A stretch of DNA of 45,034 nucleotides from Protoeuglena noctilucae (GCA_958009085.1 OY253691.1:1-45034); one strand, 5' to 3'. Shown: positions 1 through 17,636, numbered from the stretch's first letter. The notes: generated from the sequence alone by a model not told the origin. Translations and numbers: made by a program.

Positions 1-71
1 GTTTTAGTAGCTCAACGGCAGAGCGTGGGATTGAAAATCCCGAGGTATTGGTTCGATTCCACTCTAAAACA
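1..71 (+). tRNA. trnF: tRNA-Phe(GAA)
   Basis: Acceptor gttttag/ctaaaac, anticodon loop tt-GAA-aa, T-loop ttcgatt. Confidence 0.9.
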
Positions 72-74
72 GTG

Positions 75-296
75 ATGACTGAACTACGACTTGTTGGTGC
101 AGGACTAGCAACCATGGCTCTAGCAGGAGCGGGGGTAGGGCTTGGAAATGTATTTGGATCTCTGATTCTTTCTGTAGCTCGTAGACCGAGACAAAAAAGA
201 CAACTGTTTAATTATGCCATTCTAGGAAGAGCACTCACGGAAGCCATTGCTCTGTTTGCCCTAGTAGTAAGATTTATTCTAATGTTTGTAATGTAA
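75..296 (+). CDS. atp9: ATP synthase subunit c (9)
   Basis: [17 protein letters not shown] and ALTEAIALF motifs; ATG at 75 just after trnF. Confidence 0.95.
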   Translation: MTELRLVGAGLATMALAGAGVGLGNVFGSLILSVARRPRQKRQLFNYAILGRALTEAIALFALVVRFILMFVM

Positions 297-297
297 G

Positions 298-1143
298 ATG
301 TTTGAGATGAATTTTTGGAAAGTTGTCAGTCAAATCAAAAATTTTTGGACTAAATTCCAAGCTTCGAAATTCTTTCAAGAAATTCAAAAATTCGGTAAAG
401 AGCTTCTGAAGCTTGGGAGGAGAGTTTTCTTTAGAATGAAACTAATAGATAGAAACAGATTTACCGCTTCGTTTTCTACCTTTTTTGAAAAAGCCAAAGC
501 AAAGCTGGATTCTTACCTAATAGCCCGTATTTTTCTATCTCTAAGAAGACTGGTCTTTCTCTTTCGATTCCTTATCACGAGTCAATTTCTTTTCCTTCTT
601 CTAGGGGTTAGGAGGATGAGCAGAACTCTTTCCATTTGGGTCAAACAGGCTATCGAAAAATCTCATTCTTCAAAGTCGTCCAGTTCGTCGAGCCAATCTG
701 AAAATCCGCTTGCTAAGACTCCGGAGATTCGGAACGAGGCAGAGTCAGATTTTTCCACGAACTGGTTTCAGAAGCTGAGATCTTGGTTTTTTGCGACTCA
801 AAAATCTCCGAGTTCAACTCCACCTTCCAAGGCTAGAAAAGAAGAAAAAGGAAATGTTTCGGAGACTAACGAATCGTCTGTAGAAATTTGGCCAAAATTT
901 AGAGAACAAAAAACGAAGACGTACTCGTCAAGTAGTTCTTTTTCTCCAAACGAGGAGAAATCAACTTCTCGAAACGAGGAATCGAACGTCAAGCATCAGG
1001 AAAAATCCAATTCAAAGCTTCCTTCCCCTACGGAAGATGAAAAAAACTCCTCGAATTTTGAAGATTCAGAGGATACATTTATTTTTCCTACAGTTTATTT
1101 TAGAACTAGAGCTCTACGGCTTCTACGCCTAATTTTCAAATAG
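298..1143 (+). CDS. Orphan ORF, 281 aa, hydrophobic segment followed by Ser/Glu/Lys-rich region
   Basis: ATG 1 nt after atp9 stop; Leu codons read are all CTN as in true genes; no family recognised. Confidence 0.6.
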   Translation: MFEMNFWKVVSQIKNFWTKFQASKFFQEIQKFGKELLKLGRRVFFRMKLIDRNRFTASFSTFFEKAKAKLDSYLIARIFLSLRRLVFLFRFLITSQFLFLLLGVRRMSRTLSIWVKQAIEKSHSSKSSSSSSQSENPLAKTPEIRNEAESDFSTNWFQKLRSWFFATQKSPSSTPPSKARKEEKGNVSETNESSVEIWPKFREQKTKTYSSSSSFSPNEEKSTSRNEESNVKHQEKSNSKLPSPTEDEKNSSNFEDSEDTFIFPTVYFRTRALRLLRLIFK

Positions 1144-1861
1144 ACGGTGGCGTCTTATTTGCCAAAAATTAGCTTTTTTAGGTTAGGGAATGATGTTGTC
1201 CTAGGCGGACAACATGGGGAACTAAAGCATAGGAAAAACGGAGAAACTCGTTCTAAAAGGGGAAAAGCGGAGGTATTGGGATTTCCTTTTTTCTACGGAA
1301 AACTTCCAACCAATGAAGTTTTGCTTTGTACCTCTTTCTTCTTTCTTTTCATACTTGCTTACATACCTTTTTTTTCAGTTCCTAAGGAACTGAAAAAAAT
1401 TCTAGCAGAAAACCATTTGGGGTACGTGTGTCTGAGGAATGGAATTCCTTCGACGTTTTTGGTTCAAGTCCAAAATCTGCTTATTTTTTATGCTCTCTTC
1501 ACTCACTAACCTATGCGAAGCATAAGTAAGTAAGCACAGCATCATTCACTTACTATCCTCTCTTTCAGAGAGGTTAGTAAGTGATTCTAGGTAGGTAAGT
1601 GAATAGAAAACCATTCGCAAGTTCTCATTTTACTTTCTCAGAAGTAGGTTTGTAGAATTGGTTTTTGTTTTTTTTTCTTTTAGATATGTTTTTGTTTGAA
1701 TTGGAAATTTTACTTTGAGGAACGTTCGTTCTAATAAAAAACAGTGTGAGAGATATGTACGGCTGATCCAAAAATTTTTCTCGAAAAAAGGGATAGAGTA
1801 TGATAAAAAAAAACTAAAATATCTGAGAAAAGAATTTTTCAAACGATACGAAGTGTATCCT

Positions 1862-2791
1862 ATGAACTCTTCTACTTTTTTTCTGAAAAAATGGCAGACG
1901 ACTCGCTTCGTCCTCCGGACCTCGACGGTTCTAACGAAAAGACGACTGGAAGGGAGACAAGTGATTTTTGCTATGTTCAAGTTTTTTTCTCTAGGTCTGA
2001 AATCTGGTCTTTCTTTTCTACAGACCGTAAAAACTCGACTTAAAGAAAAAAACTGGAATCTTCCTTTTCCTATCCAAAGAAAAATAAAAATCGATTCTGA
2101 AATGCTTAAAAGCTTTTCCAGATCCCTCGTGAAACCTGTCGAGAAGAGTGTCGCTTCTTTTGAGACTTCGAGGAAAGAAATGGAAAAAAGAATCGAACTC
2201 CTAAAAGCACAAATCGAAAGAGTAAAAAACCTAGAGAAAAAGGTGGAGAGGGTAAATTTTCATCAAGTGAAACATCAAGAAAAACAAGAAGAATTTCTAT
2301 CAAAACTAACCCAAATGACATCTACCCTCGACCATCTCTCTAAAAAGGTGAATTCTCTGGAAAAAAAAGACGCTCCCTCTAGGTTTAGGAAGGATCAGTT
2401 TTTTCACGAAGTTCAGATTCTGAAAGATCAAAATTTTCAAAATCTTGAACAACAAAAGAAAAGAATTGAAACCATGGAAAAATCACTTAACCATTTTCAA
2501 ACGAAGCTCAACTTTCTAAGTCAAGAAATAGAGAAGATTGAGATGACTCAACGCGATTCTTTTGGTGGGGAAAACCGATTTAGGAGGAAAACTTTTGAAA
2601 AGAAAATTCCGAACAGACCTACAAAATTTCCAGAAACCCATTTTCGGTTTAGCCTTTCTCAGGGAAACAGACAGCAGACAGAATATCTGCCTCGATCGGA
2701 ACAAGACGTTTCTGGGATGGAACCAAAAAAGAAAGAGAAGTTTTGGTCAATCTATTTCAAAATTGGCAATGGACTCCCGAAAACAGACTAG
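1862..2791 (+). CDS. Orphan ORF, coiled-coil-like (start uncertain)
   Basis: Long frame using CTN Leu; heptad-like E/K/L/Q region; first ATG at 1862. Confidence 0.55.
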   Translation: MNSSTFFLKKWQTTRFVLRTSTVLTKRRLEGRQVIFAMFKFFSLGLKSGLSFLQTVKTRLKEKNWNLPFPIQRKIKIDSEMLKSFSRSLVKPVEKSVASFETSRKEMEKRIELLKAQIERVKNLEKKVERVNFHQVKHQEKQEEFLSKLTQMTSTLDHLSKKVNSLEKKDAPSRFRKDQFFHEVQILKDQNFQNLEQQKKRIETMEKSLNHFQTKLNFLSQEIEKIEMTQRDSFGGENRFRRKTFEKKIPNRPTKFPETHFRFSLSQGNRQQTEYLPRSEQDVSGMEPKKKEKFWSIYFKIGNGLPKTD

Positions 2792-2793
2792 GA

Positions 2794-4107
2794 ATGTTCC
2801 TTTTTAGACTTAGCTTTAGGAAATTTGTTTTTACAATTATGGAAAGAATTCAAATTCTTTATGCTCCAGAAGTCTCTACGAAACCTAGAATTCCTTTTTC
2901 CACTTTTCTTGCTAAAAAGATTTTTTCTTTTTTTGAAACCATTTCTTCTTATTTTGGAAAGATTTCTTCTGAGAATTTTTTCCTCTTTTTTCTTCTGGCT
3001 GTGGCTAGTATTAGATATCTTTGGTGGTCGTTTTCTTGGACCAACCTTCTGGGATGGGTTGGAAAATATCTTCTCATTCCAGCTAGATTTGTTGGAAGGT
3101 TTCATGTACTCACTGGAGGCTGAGGATGGGTCGGACTCAGGAGGCTCTCTCCGTATTTTCAGGCGATGGCGAGTCAGCTACTTGTTTATGCACAATGGTT
3201 CCTAGCTCAGTTTTCTAGACTAAGTCCAAGAATTCAATATGGTAGGATTGGTGCCACCAGACTGATTTTTCTCAGAAGGGGGGGATATAGATATTATGGT
3301 TTTTCCCGATCTCGTCCAAAAAGAAGACGAGTTTCTCAAGCTGCGGAAGCTCAAAGAAACCAAATTTCCACTGATCTGGAACCAAGAGCCGGAAATGAAG
3401 AAACCAATGATCCACAAGTGGCTAGACCACTTGGAAACAGGAATCTAGGGAATGATCCTAGAGAAGAAAGAAATCTTAGACAAGATAGAAATCTTAGGGA
3501 AAATAGAAATCCTGGAGGGGATGTTCTCGAAACTAGGCAAAGGGGGCCACAAAGGCCAAAACCACCTATCAGCAAAATCGAAGAACTCCCAGATGGGCTA
3601 CCTCCCCTGGAGATTCGAACTCGAAGAGAAATTCTTGAGGCTATGGTTCAAGTTAGAAATCCCGACGTAGATAGAATTCGTAGGCGTCGAGCGGAAGCTG
3701 GAGTAGGGATGGATCAAATGTTTAATATATTTGAGAATGAGCTTGAAGAAATTCAAGCTTTTTTTGAAGGTCGTGAAGAAAGGGAGATCCTAGATTCAGA
3801 ACAGACGTATCGAATTCTGCGAAAAAATGATGAACTACTTGAAAAAAAGTTTGCCGAAAGGCAAGAAAAAGCCCATTTTCACGCCAATTCGGAATTTGTA
3901 CAACGTGGACAAGCGCAGGTGCAGCCTTACCGGCATGAAAATGAGAGAAGTTCTAGAAATTTTCCTAAATCTCCTTTTGAGGATCGAGCGAATCCTGTAC
4001 ACGTTCACGATAGGCCAAAAACTACGGATTCGCACACCATTCAACTTGGTACCAATCCAAAAAGGGTTCAAACTTTTCAGAATTTTATTAAAAAGGTGCC
4101 GAAGTAA
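2794..4107 (+). CDS. Orphan membrane-protein ORF with one in-frame TGA at 3121-3123
   Basis: Track ORFs 2743..3123 and 3166..4107 are in the same frame separated only by TGA; ATG 2 nt after the previous stop; CTN Leu usage. Confidence 0.5.
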
Positions 4108-4201
4108 TCTCCGAATTTTGAACCTCTTTTTTTTTACTAACCTTTCTAACTGAGAGGAGGGTAACTCTCTTTGAGTTTTCAATAAGTCAATAGAGAACTC
4201 A

Positions 4202-4297
4202 GAGCAAATAGCTCAGTGGTTAGAACATTTGGTTTTTCTCTAAACGAAGTTTAAGTAGAGAACCAAAGAGTCAGAAATTCGAATTTTCTTTTGCTCA
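4202..4297 (+). pseudogene. tRNA-Ile-like paralog with a 23-nt hairpin insertion in the anticodon loop
   Basis: Acceptor gagcaaa/tttgctc and D arm nearly identical to trnI at 26168; anticodon stem tttgg/ccaaa encloses 30 nt instead of 7. Confidence 0.65.
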
Positions 4298-4700
4298 AAC
4301 TAGCTAGTTCTTAATTTTTTACCTTTTCCTTAGTTAGCTTTCTTGTCTTCACTAACTTACCGACCTATGCCTAGAATCACTTACTAACTAACTTACTTAC
4401 CTTTCTGAAAGAAAGGTAAGTAAGTTAGTTAGTAAGTGAATGATGCTACGCTTACCTAAACTTTGTTTAGGTAAGGACGGACAGCATCAGTTAGCGAAGC
4501 ATTGCTAAACAAAGTTTAGGGAAAAAACCGTGGTAGGTTCTGATTTTACTTCTTTTGAACTGGATGAAAAGTTGGTTTGTCAACTTTTCTTTACCTAGAT
4601 TCACTTAGCTTTCTTGTCTTCTCATCATTAACTTATGCTGTCCTCTCTTCACTTACTTATGCTTTGCATCATTTCATTCATTTACTTATGCAAAGCATAA

Positions 4701-11481
<6,781 letters not shown>

Positions 11482-11799
11482 CATTTTCTTGGACTAAGGG
11501 GAATGCCTCGTCGATATCCGGATTATCCTGATTGTTTCGCTAAATGGAATAGAGTTTCTAGCTTTGGATCATATATTTCACTAATGGCAACTCTTCTATT
11601 TGCTTATATTAGATATGACGCTTGGAGAGGAAATCAATCTACAGAGAAAAGACCATGGAGAGTAGGATATGGTTGGGGAGAAACCAATCTTTCTCTAGAA
11701 TGGGTAGTGCCATCTCCAACAAGATTTCATACCTATCCGGGTTCTGCACCTAGAATTTACATTCCAAATGCTTGCATTACCTATGCGAAGCATAGGTAA
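11482..11799 (+). CDS. cox1: Cytochrome c oxidase subunit 1, exon 3
   Basis: HFLGL(AGG)[22 protein letters not shown] lies within a palindrome. Confidence 0.93.
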   Translation, partial: HFLGLRGMPRRYPDYPDCFAKWNRVSSFGSYISLMATLLFAYIRYDAWRGNQSTEKRPWRVGYGWGETNLSLEWVVPSPTRFHTYPGSAPRIYIPNACITYAKHR

Positions 11800-12396
11800 A
11801 ACATCATTTACTTACTTACCTACCTAAACCGAAGGTTTAGGTTGCTATGCTTTGCTAACTTACCTATGCTTTGCATAGGTAAGTATGTAAGTTAGTAAGT
11901 GAATAGAGGTAACTAAGTTACTTCCATTTATATACTAACTTTTCTGAAAGAAAGGTTAGTAAGTTAGTAACTAAAAGAGAGGTAAGTGAAGGGGTAGCTA
12001 GATTCACTAACCTCTATTCACTTACTTACCTCTCTGAAAGAGAGGTAAGTAAGTGAATGATGCTTCGTTGACTTATGCAAAGCATTTACCTCTCTGAAAG
12101 AGAGCTTAGTGAATGATAGAGTCTAAGCTATTTGACCAAGTTTATGCGTAATTTTTTACTATTTTTTTAGGTTTCAAAAAATCGAATAAAATCAATGGAT
12201 TCCACTTTCTATCTAAACAAAGTTAACCTTACCTCTATTCACTAACTAACCTATAATCACTAACTTATGCATTCCTATGCTATGCGACAGCATAAGTTAG
12301 TGAATGCTCTTTCAGAGAGGTTAGTTAGTAAATAGAGGTAAGTAAGGTAAGTAGAGAGGTAAATATCAATTAAATAAAAATAACAAAAATCAAAAC

Positions 12397-14358
12397 ATGT
12401 ATGGACTAATTCTTTATCTACCAATTGCTGGAGCAAGAGTTTGCGGCCTAGCAGGTCGTTGGCTCGGGGCACGGGGAAGAAGAAGGGTTAGAACTTCTTG
12501 TCTAAGAATGACAAGAGGACTAAGCTGGAGAAGGTTTTATGAAGTCGGCATTAGGGGGGTTCAAGCCTATGTCGCTCTAAGACCTTGGTTCCGGAGAGAT
12601 AGTTTCGAAATTCACTGGAGATGTCATGTGGATAGACTTACAAGGGTCATGATTAGACTAGTAAGTACGGTTTCGACGCTTGTTCATCTTTATTCAAGCG
12701 AATATCTTAGAAAAGACCCTCATCTTCCTCGATTTTTTTCATATCTAAGTTTTTTCACCTTTACAATGATGGTACTCGTGACTAGAAGAGATCTTGTCCA
12801 ACTTTTTTTTGGTTGGGAAGGTGTAGGAGTAGCCTCTTTTCTTCTCATTCAATTTTGGTTTAGACGAGCTAGAAGAAATTCGGGAGCGAACAAAGCAATG
12901 ATTTACAACCGAGTGGGAGATGTTAGACTCGCCATTGGGGCGTTTGTGAGATATAGTCTTGCGGGAAGAGTTGACTTCTCTAGTCTATCTCTAAGAAGCA
13001 CTCTTCTCGTGGATTCTACTCTTTCTTTTGCATCCTTTGAATTTCCGGCTCTCACAACCCTAAGACTGCTTCTTCTGTTTGGTGCTATGGGAAAATCAGC
13101 TCAACTAGGGCTACATCCGTGGCTTCCAGATGCTATGGAAGGACCAACTCCGGTGTCTGCGCTTATTCATGCCGCGACTATGGTTACAGCCGGAGTCTAC
13201 CTTCTAGTGCGAACAAATGTTCTTAGAACGGAAACGTCGCTTAGAAGAGTAAGAAGAGTTGGAGCACTCACTTCGCTTTTTGCTGTTAGTGTAGGAAGTG
13301 GACAAACAGACATGAAACGAATGATTGCTTATTCTACTTGTAGCCAACTGGGATTTATGGTTTTTGCTTGTGGATGTGGACAATTTTCAAGAGCTATTTT
13401 TCATCTGTTTACTCACGGATTTTATAAAAGGCTGCTATTTCTTGCCAGGGGGGCCGTACTTCATGCTCTGAGAGATGAACAAGATATTCGTCGAATGGGT
13501 GCCAGAAGACGATTCCTTCCTTTCACGGCTACTAGGCTCGTGACTGGAAGTTTTGCTCTTAGAGGATTTCCGTTTAGAGCTGGATTTTATTCTAAAGATC
13601 TGATCCTCGAAACCGCTGAAGGAACTATGACTCTTCTCACAGCTCCAAGAGCTCTTTGTAGAAGTCTTAGAGCTTATGGAACCGCTTTTTACAGTACCAC
13701 TCTAATTGTCAGAAGATTTCTAGGCTCGCCTAAAAGGCCTAAATCCACAGTAGCAAGCAGACACGAACCAGGATTTGCTATGAGATTTCCACTAGCTAGA
13801 CTTTCTCTAGCAAGAATTTTTGTTGGATGGTTTACTGAAGATCTATTTGTAGGAGTAGGTACTCCGTTTTGGGGGGCTTCCGTAGCAAACCATTATTCTA
13901 CGGAAGGTCTTCTTAGGATGGAATTTCAATCATGGAAAGTTCTGCCAATTCTTCTTAGTAGACTTGGAGTCATTTTTGGTTATTTTTCATCGATTTTTCT
14001 GTCTAAAAAAGTTGAAGAGAGTGAATTTAACCAATTTCTGAATCCTCTTCGAGTGTATTTCATTCCTTCTGCGGTAGCTTCTTCAAGAAGAGCCTCTCAA
14101 AATTTTCTAACCAGACGTTGGGGATTTGACAGACTTTTTCATAAACATCTCGCCTCCACTGGTTTTCATCATGGCTGGGTCACTACTTATAGACGACTAG
14201 ATCAAGGAGTTCTTGAATATCTGGCTCCTTATGGAAGGGCAAGAAGTGTTCAAAAAAGTTCTCAACAAGTGCGTTCTTTCCAAACTCCAAGTTATGGCTA
14301 TGGTCAATTTGTGTTTAGAATGTTTAGAAGAAGAATTTTTCTTATTGTCATTACCTAA
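12397..14358 (+). CDS. nad5: NADH dehydrogenase subunit 5
   Basis: GWEGVG, KSAQLGLHPWLPDAMEGPTPVSALIHAATMV, IAYSTCSQLG. Confidence 0.96.
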   Translation: MYGLILYLPIAGARVCGLAGRWLGARGRRRVRTSCLRMTRGLSWRRFYEVGIRGVQAYVALRPWFRRDSFEIHWRCHVDRLTRVMIRLVSTVSTLVHLYSSEYLRKDPHLPRFFSYLSFFTFTMMVLVTRRDLVQLFFGWEGVGVASFLLIQFWFRRARRNSGANKAMIYNRVGDVRLAIGAFVRYSLAGRVDFSSLSLRSTLLVDSTLSFASFEFPALTTLRLLLLFGAMGKSAQLGLHPWLPDAMEGPTPVSALIHAATMVTAGVYLLVRTNVLRTETSLRRVRRVGALTSLFAVSVGSGQTDMKRMIAYSTCSQLGFMVFACGCGQFSRAIFHLFTHGFYKRLLFLARGAVLHALRDEQDIRRMGARRRFLPFTATRLVTGSFALRGFPFRAGFYSKDLILETAEGTMTLLTAPRALCRSLRAYGTAFYSTTLIVRRFLGSPKRPKSTVASRHEPGFAMRFPLARLSLARIFVGWFTEDLFVGVGTPFWGASVANHYSTEGLLRMEFQSWKVLPILLSRLGVIFGYFSSIFLSKKVEESEFNQFLNPLRVYFIPSAVASSRRASQNFLTRRWGFDRLFHKHLASTGFHHGWVTTYRRLDQGVLEYLAPYGRARSVQKSSQQVRSFQTPSYGYGQFVFRMFRRRIFLIVIT

Positions 14359-14432
14359 ACTTTTCACTTACCTCTAATCACTTACTTATGCGAAGCATAA
14401 GTAAGTGATTAGAGGTAAGCTAATAAAAGTAG

Positions 14433-14966
14433 ATGATTTCTCGATTTCTTTTTCTTTCTATTTGTTTTCTCGTATCTAGTTTTGTTACTCTATGTCTTTC
14501 TTTTTCTATAAGACCTTTTTGGATCTCCTATTTTGTTATTCATAGACTTCCACTGGAAAGACTTCATCTCTATCAAACTACAGAATCCACTAGCTTTGGT
14601 TTTTGTATTTGTCTCAGGATTCTAAGCAGTCTACCTCTCTTTTTTTATTATACTAAGCAATTTCAACCTTCTAGTTGGCTAGCCAATAGGAAACGTGGTC
14701 CTAGAATCAAAATTTCTGTATTTCTTGGTAGGTGGAGAAGAAGGTTTTTCCTCATTCTTTGGCTATTTGAATTTCAAAGAGATCTGTCAATTGAAGAAGA
14801 TCTTTGGTGGAGCAATCAAGAAACTTCATGGAATGCTTCTTTTCCTCTGCAAAGTCAAGGTAAGTACTCTGGAGTTTTTTTTAGAGAACTAACTCCGAAT
14901 AGAATTTTTTTTAGAAGGGTTTTTAGATTTCTTTTTTCGGTTATCATTTCTATTTTCCTCTTCTTA
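14433..14966 (+). CDS. tatC: Divergent, short TatC-like membrane protein (TTA stop)
   Basis: Hydrophobic ORF with weak resemblance to mitochondrial TatC N-terminal half; no TTR for 177 codons, then TTA at a repeat boundary. Confidence 0.4.
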
Positions 14967-15207
14967 CTTACCTACCTATGCATTCCTTACTTACTTATGC
15001 GAAGCATAAGTAAGTAAGGACAGCATAGCAACCAAAACCTTCGGTTTTGGTAGGTAAATAGAGCAGCCTATCAAGCAAGTAAGCGAGTTACCCTCTTCGA
15101 GTGTATTTCATTCCGCTTCGAGTTCTCAGCCCTTTACCCAAACGTGTAACTTATTTAATTTTCTTTCAGTTAGTAAGTAACTGAAAGAAAATTAAATAAT
15201 TGATTTT

Positions 15208-15279
15208 AGGTTTCTAGCTCAGTGGTAGAGCAGTGGACTTTTAATCCATTGGTCATGGGTTCAAATCCCATGAAACCTA
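15208..15279 (+). tRNA. trnK: tRNA-Lys(UUU)
   Basis: Acceptor aggtttc/gaaacct, loop ct-TTT-aa. Confidence 0.92.
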
Positions 15280-16233
15280 AAAAACTTTTGGTTATCTCTA
15301 TAAAACAAAGGTAAACCAGAAAATATCTTGAGAAAATACCTCTTCAAATCCAAGCCTATACCAACATTTTATTAACAAGTTCTAATTTGTTCATTGGCAG
15401 AAGATAAATAAAATACTTACTAACCTTTCTTTCAGTTACCTCTAATCACTTACTTATGCTTCGCATCATAACAACCTAAACCGAAGGTTTAGGTAGGTAA
15501 ATGCTCTTTTAGTAACTCCTTCAGAGAATGTAGAGAAGAGGGTAACTCGCTTACATACTAACCTCTCTGAAAGAGAGCAACCTATGCAGTCCTTACCTAT
15601 GTTTCACATAGGTAAGGAATGCATAAGTAGGTAAGAAGAGGGCAAAATAATTCTTACCTCTATTCACTTACCTATGCTTCGCATAGGTAAGTGAATGAAA
15701 CTTTGTTTAGGTAAGAAAAATGATTTTCAATAATCAAAAAGAAAAAATTTGAAGGCTAAAAAGTGGTTGCTGCAATGCATTTTTCCTATGTTTTCCTTTA
15801 TATAGTATATGATTCACTAACCTATGCTTCGCATAGGTTAGTGAATAGAGAGATTCAAAAATACATATTAAATGAACTCATAAAACTACTAGAAAATATG
15901 GTAACATAAAGACAATAAAATGTAGATATTGAAAACTAGTGAGACAACCTTGGTTAAAGTAAAAAAACATACATTTATTTTCAGAAAATTGGATAAATGT
16001 GCAGACAGATAAATACCAGAAACAACTAATTAAATAAAGAGAAAAAAGGTTAGTGATATAGTCTAATTTTTTTTTTATTATTGAAGATGAGGTTATTCCC
16101 TGTACTTATTTATCACGTTTAAAGAAACATTCCATTTACCTATGCTTCGCATAGGTAGGTAAGTAACATTTCCAAGATTATCATTCACTTACCTATGCTT
16201 CGCATAGGTAAGTGAATAGAGAGATGTAACGAA

Positions 16234-16304
16234 TGGGATGTAGCCAAGTGGCAAGGCACAGGGTTTTGGTCCCTCGATCGAAGGTTCGATTCCTTCCATC
16301 CCAG
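16234..16304 (+). tRNA. trnQ: tRNA-Gln(UUG)
   Basis: Acceptor tgggatg/catccca, loop tt-TTG-gt. Confidence 0.92.
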
Positions 16305-16470
16305 TTGACTTCAGATTCATTTTTTTAAACTAGACTTTGTTTGATTCACTAATTAACCTCTCTTTAAGAGAGGTTAATTAGTGAATAGAGGTAATACGTA
16401 TGTCGAAGTGAAAATGAACCAGATTTGGTTACCTATGCTTGGCATAGATTGCCTCTACCAGGTAAAACAG

Positions 16471-16542
16471 GCACCATTCGTCTATCGGCAAGGACGTTGC
16501 CCTTTCACGGCAAAAAGGCGGGTTCAATTCCCGCATGGCGCA
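16471..16542 (+). tRNA. trnE: tRNA-Glu(UUC)
   Basis: Anticodon stem ttgcc/ggcaa, loop ct-TTC-ac; one acceptor mismatch. Confidence 0.9.
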
Positions 16543-16788
16543 TATTTAGATTTTACTATTTTGCAAATCCATCCTTTTCATTCACTTACCTATGCTTCGT
16601 TAACTTATGCTTTGCATAAGTAAGTTAGTGATTAGAGGTTTGGTTTCTTTCTAATCACTAACTTACTAACCTATGCTTTGCATAGGTTAGTAAGTTAGTG
16701 AATGATCTTTGTTTCATTGAGATAATGAAATTTCGTTCCTTATTTGTTTAACAACTATTTAACAATTATGTATAGGATATAGGATAAC

Positions 16789-16873
16789 AACTAAAACTCT
16801 TTACCTACCTATGCTTCGCTAACCTAAACTTTGTTTAGGTTAGCGAAGCATAGGTAGGTAAAGAGTTTTAGTT
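16789..16873. repeat. Perfect nested palindrome, 41-bp arms with 3-nt loop (example of the dispersed family)
   Basis: aactaaaactctttacctacctatgcttcgctaacctaaac-ttt-reverse complement. Confidence 0.9.
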
Positions 16874-16917
16874 ACTACAATGTATTATTATTTTTTTTTT
16901 TATGAAAAAAAGACAGG

Positions 16918-17217
16918 ATGTCAACTTATGGACTAACCCTAAGAATTCTTCTGTTTGTGCTAGCAACGATCAGTCTAAGAACAAATCGTCAAAGCCTTCT
17001 TCTTTGGTTTTTTGCCATTGAACTTCTTCTTCTAGCAGCCAATCTTCTCTTTCTAACCATTTCAGTGGCACTAGACTCGCTAGAAGGTCAACTAGTAGCC
17101 ATTTTTGTACTAACCGTAGCAGCAGCAGAGTCCAGAGTGGGTCTATCTCTTCTGGTAATGTATTTTCGTACTCGAAAAACAGTCTCTCTGAGATCTTTTG
17201 AAAGACTAAAAGAATAA
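16918..17217 (+). CDS. nad4L: NADH dehydrogenase subunit 4L
   Basis: IELLLLAAN, LTVAAAES(AGA)VGL. Confidence 0.94.
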   Translation: MSTYGLTLRILLFVLATISLRTNRQSLLLWFFAIELLLLAANLLFLTISVALDSLEGQLVAIFVLTVAAAESRVGLSLLVMYFRTRKTVSLRSFERLKE

Positions 17218-17636
17218 TGACTTTTGTTCTAAAATTTGCTACAAATGATCGTAAAACGATCGGTCACTATCGAAAAAATAGTACGAAGTTCTCGAAGAGA
17301 GCTAAGAACTCGAAGAGGGAACAAAGGACAAGAAAAAGAGTAGAGTCCAGACGAATTAATATTATTCGCTATCTTCGTAGTGTCTATTCCGAAGATCTTC
17401 ATAATAAAATTAAAGTTCGAGTGTATAGAATGCCTTTTGTGGATACCACTAAAAAAGCTCTTGGAGCACGAATGGGAAAAGGAAAAGGAGCATTTCATGA
17501 AAAACTAGTAATAGTGAAAAAAACAACTCCCAGATATAAAATTAGAATTCCACCAATGCCAAATCCAAAAAGACTACTAAGACAATCAGCTCGTAGTAGA
17601 GAGAAAAAACTAGGTTTCAAGGTTATTTTTTGCTAA
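17217..17636 (+). CDS. rpl16: Ribosomal protein L16, divergent
   Basis: TKK..GARMGKGKG motif; TAATG overlap with nad4L. Confidence 0.85.
   Translation: MTFVLKFATNDRKTIGHYRKNSTKFSKRAKNSKREQRTRKRVESRRINIIRYLRSVYSEDLHNKIKVRVYRMPFVDTTKKALGARMGKGKGAFHEKLVIVKKTTPRYKIRIPPMPNPKRLLRQSARSREKKLGFKVIFC

Noticed and set aside
48..74. N-terminal extension of atp9 in the ORF track
   Set aside because: Starts at TTG inside trnF; ATG at 75 gives a normal-length protein.
1147..1509. 120-aa ORF
   Set aside because: Contains several in-frame TTG codons, which are stops under the inferred code; at most a decayed remnant.
2825..3205. Overlapping alternative-frame ORF
   Set aside because: Contains TTA/TTG and overlaps a better-supported frame.
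4228..4267. Archaeal-type bulge-helix-bulge tRNA intron
   Set aside because: Bulge sizes and orientation do not fit, and the insert resembles the local repeat hairpin.
11800..12360. Possible CRISPR array
   Set aside because: Repeats are nested palindromes without regular unique spacers, and there are no cas genes.
15290..16230. AT-rich spacer as replication origin or control region
   Set aside because: Only composition supports it; no specific motif seen.
16471..16542. A3-C70 mismatch in trnE as evidence of tRNA editing
   Set aside because: An isolated mismatch; other acceptor stems pair normally.
16381..16623. Short ORFs over trnE, and likewise ORFs over other tRNAs and rRNAs
   Set aside because: Chance frames across RNA genes and repeats.
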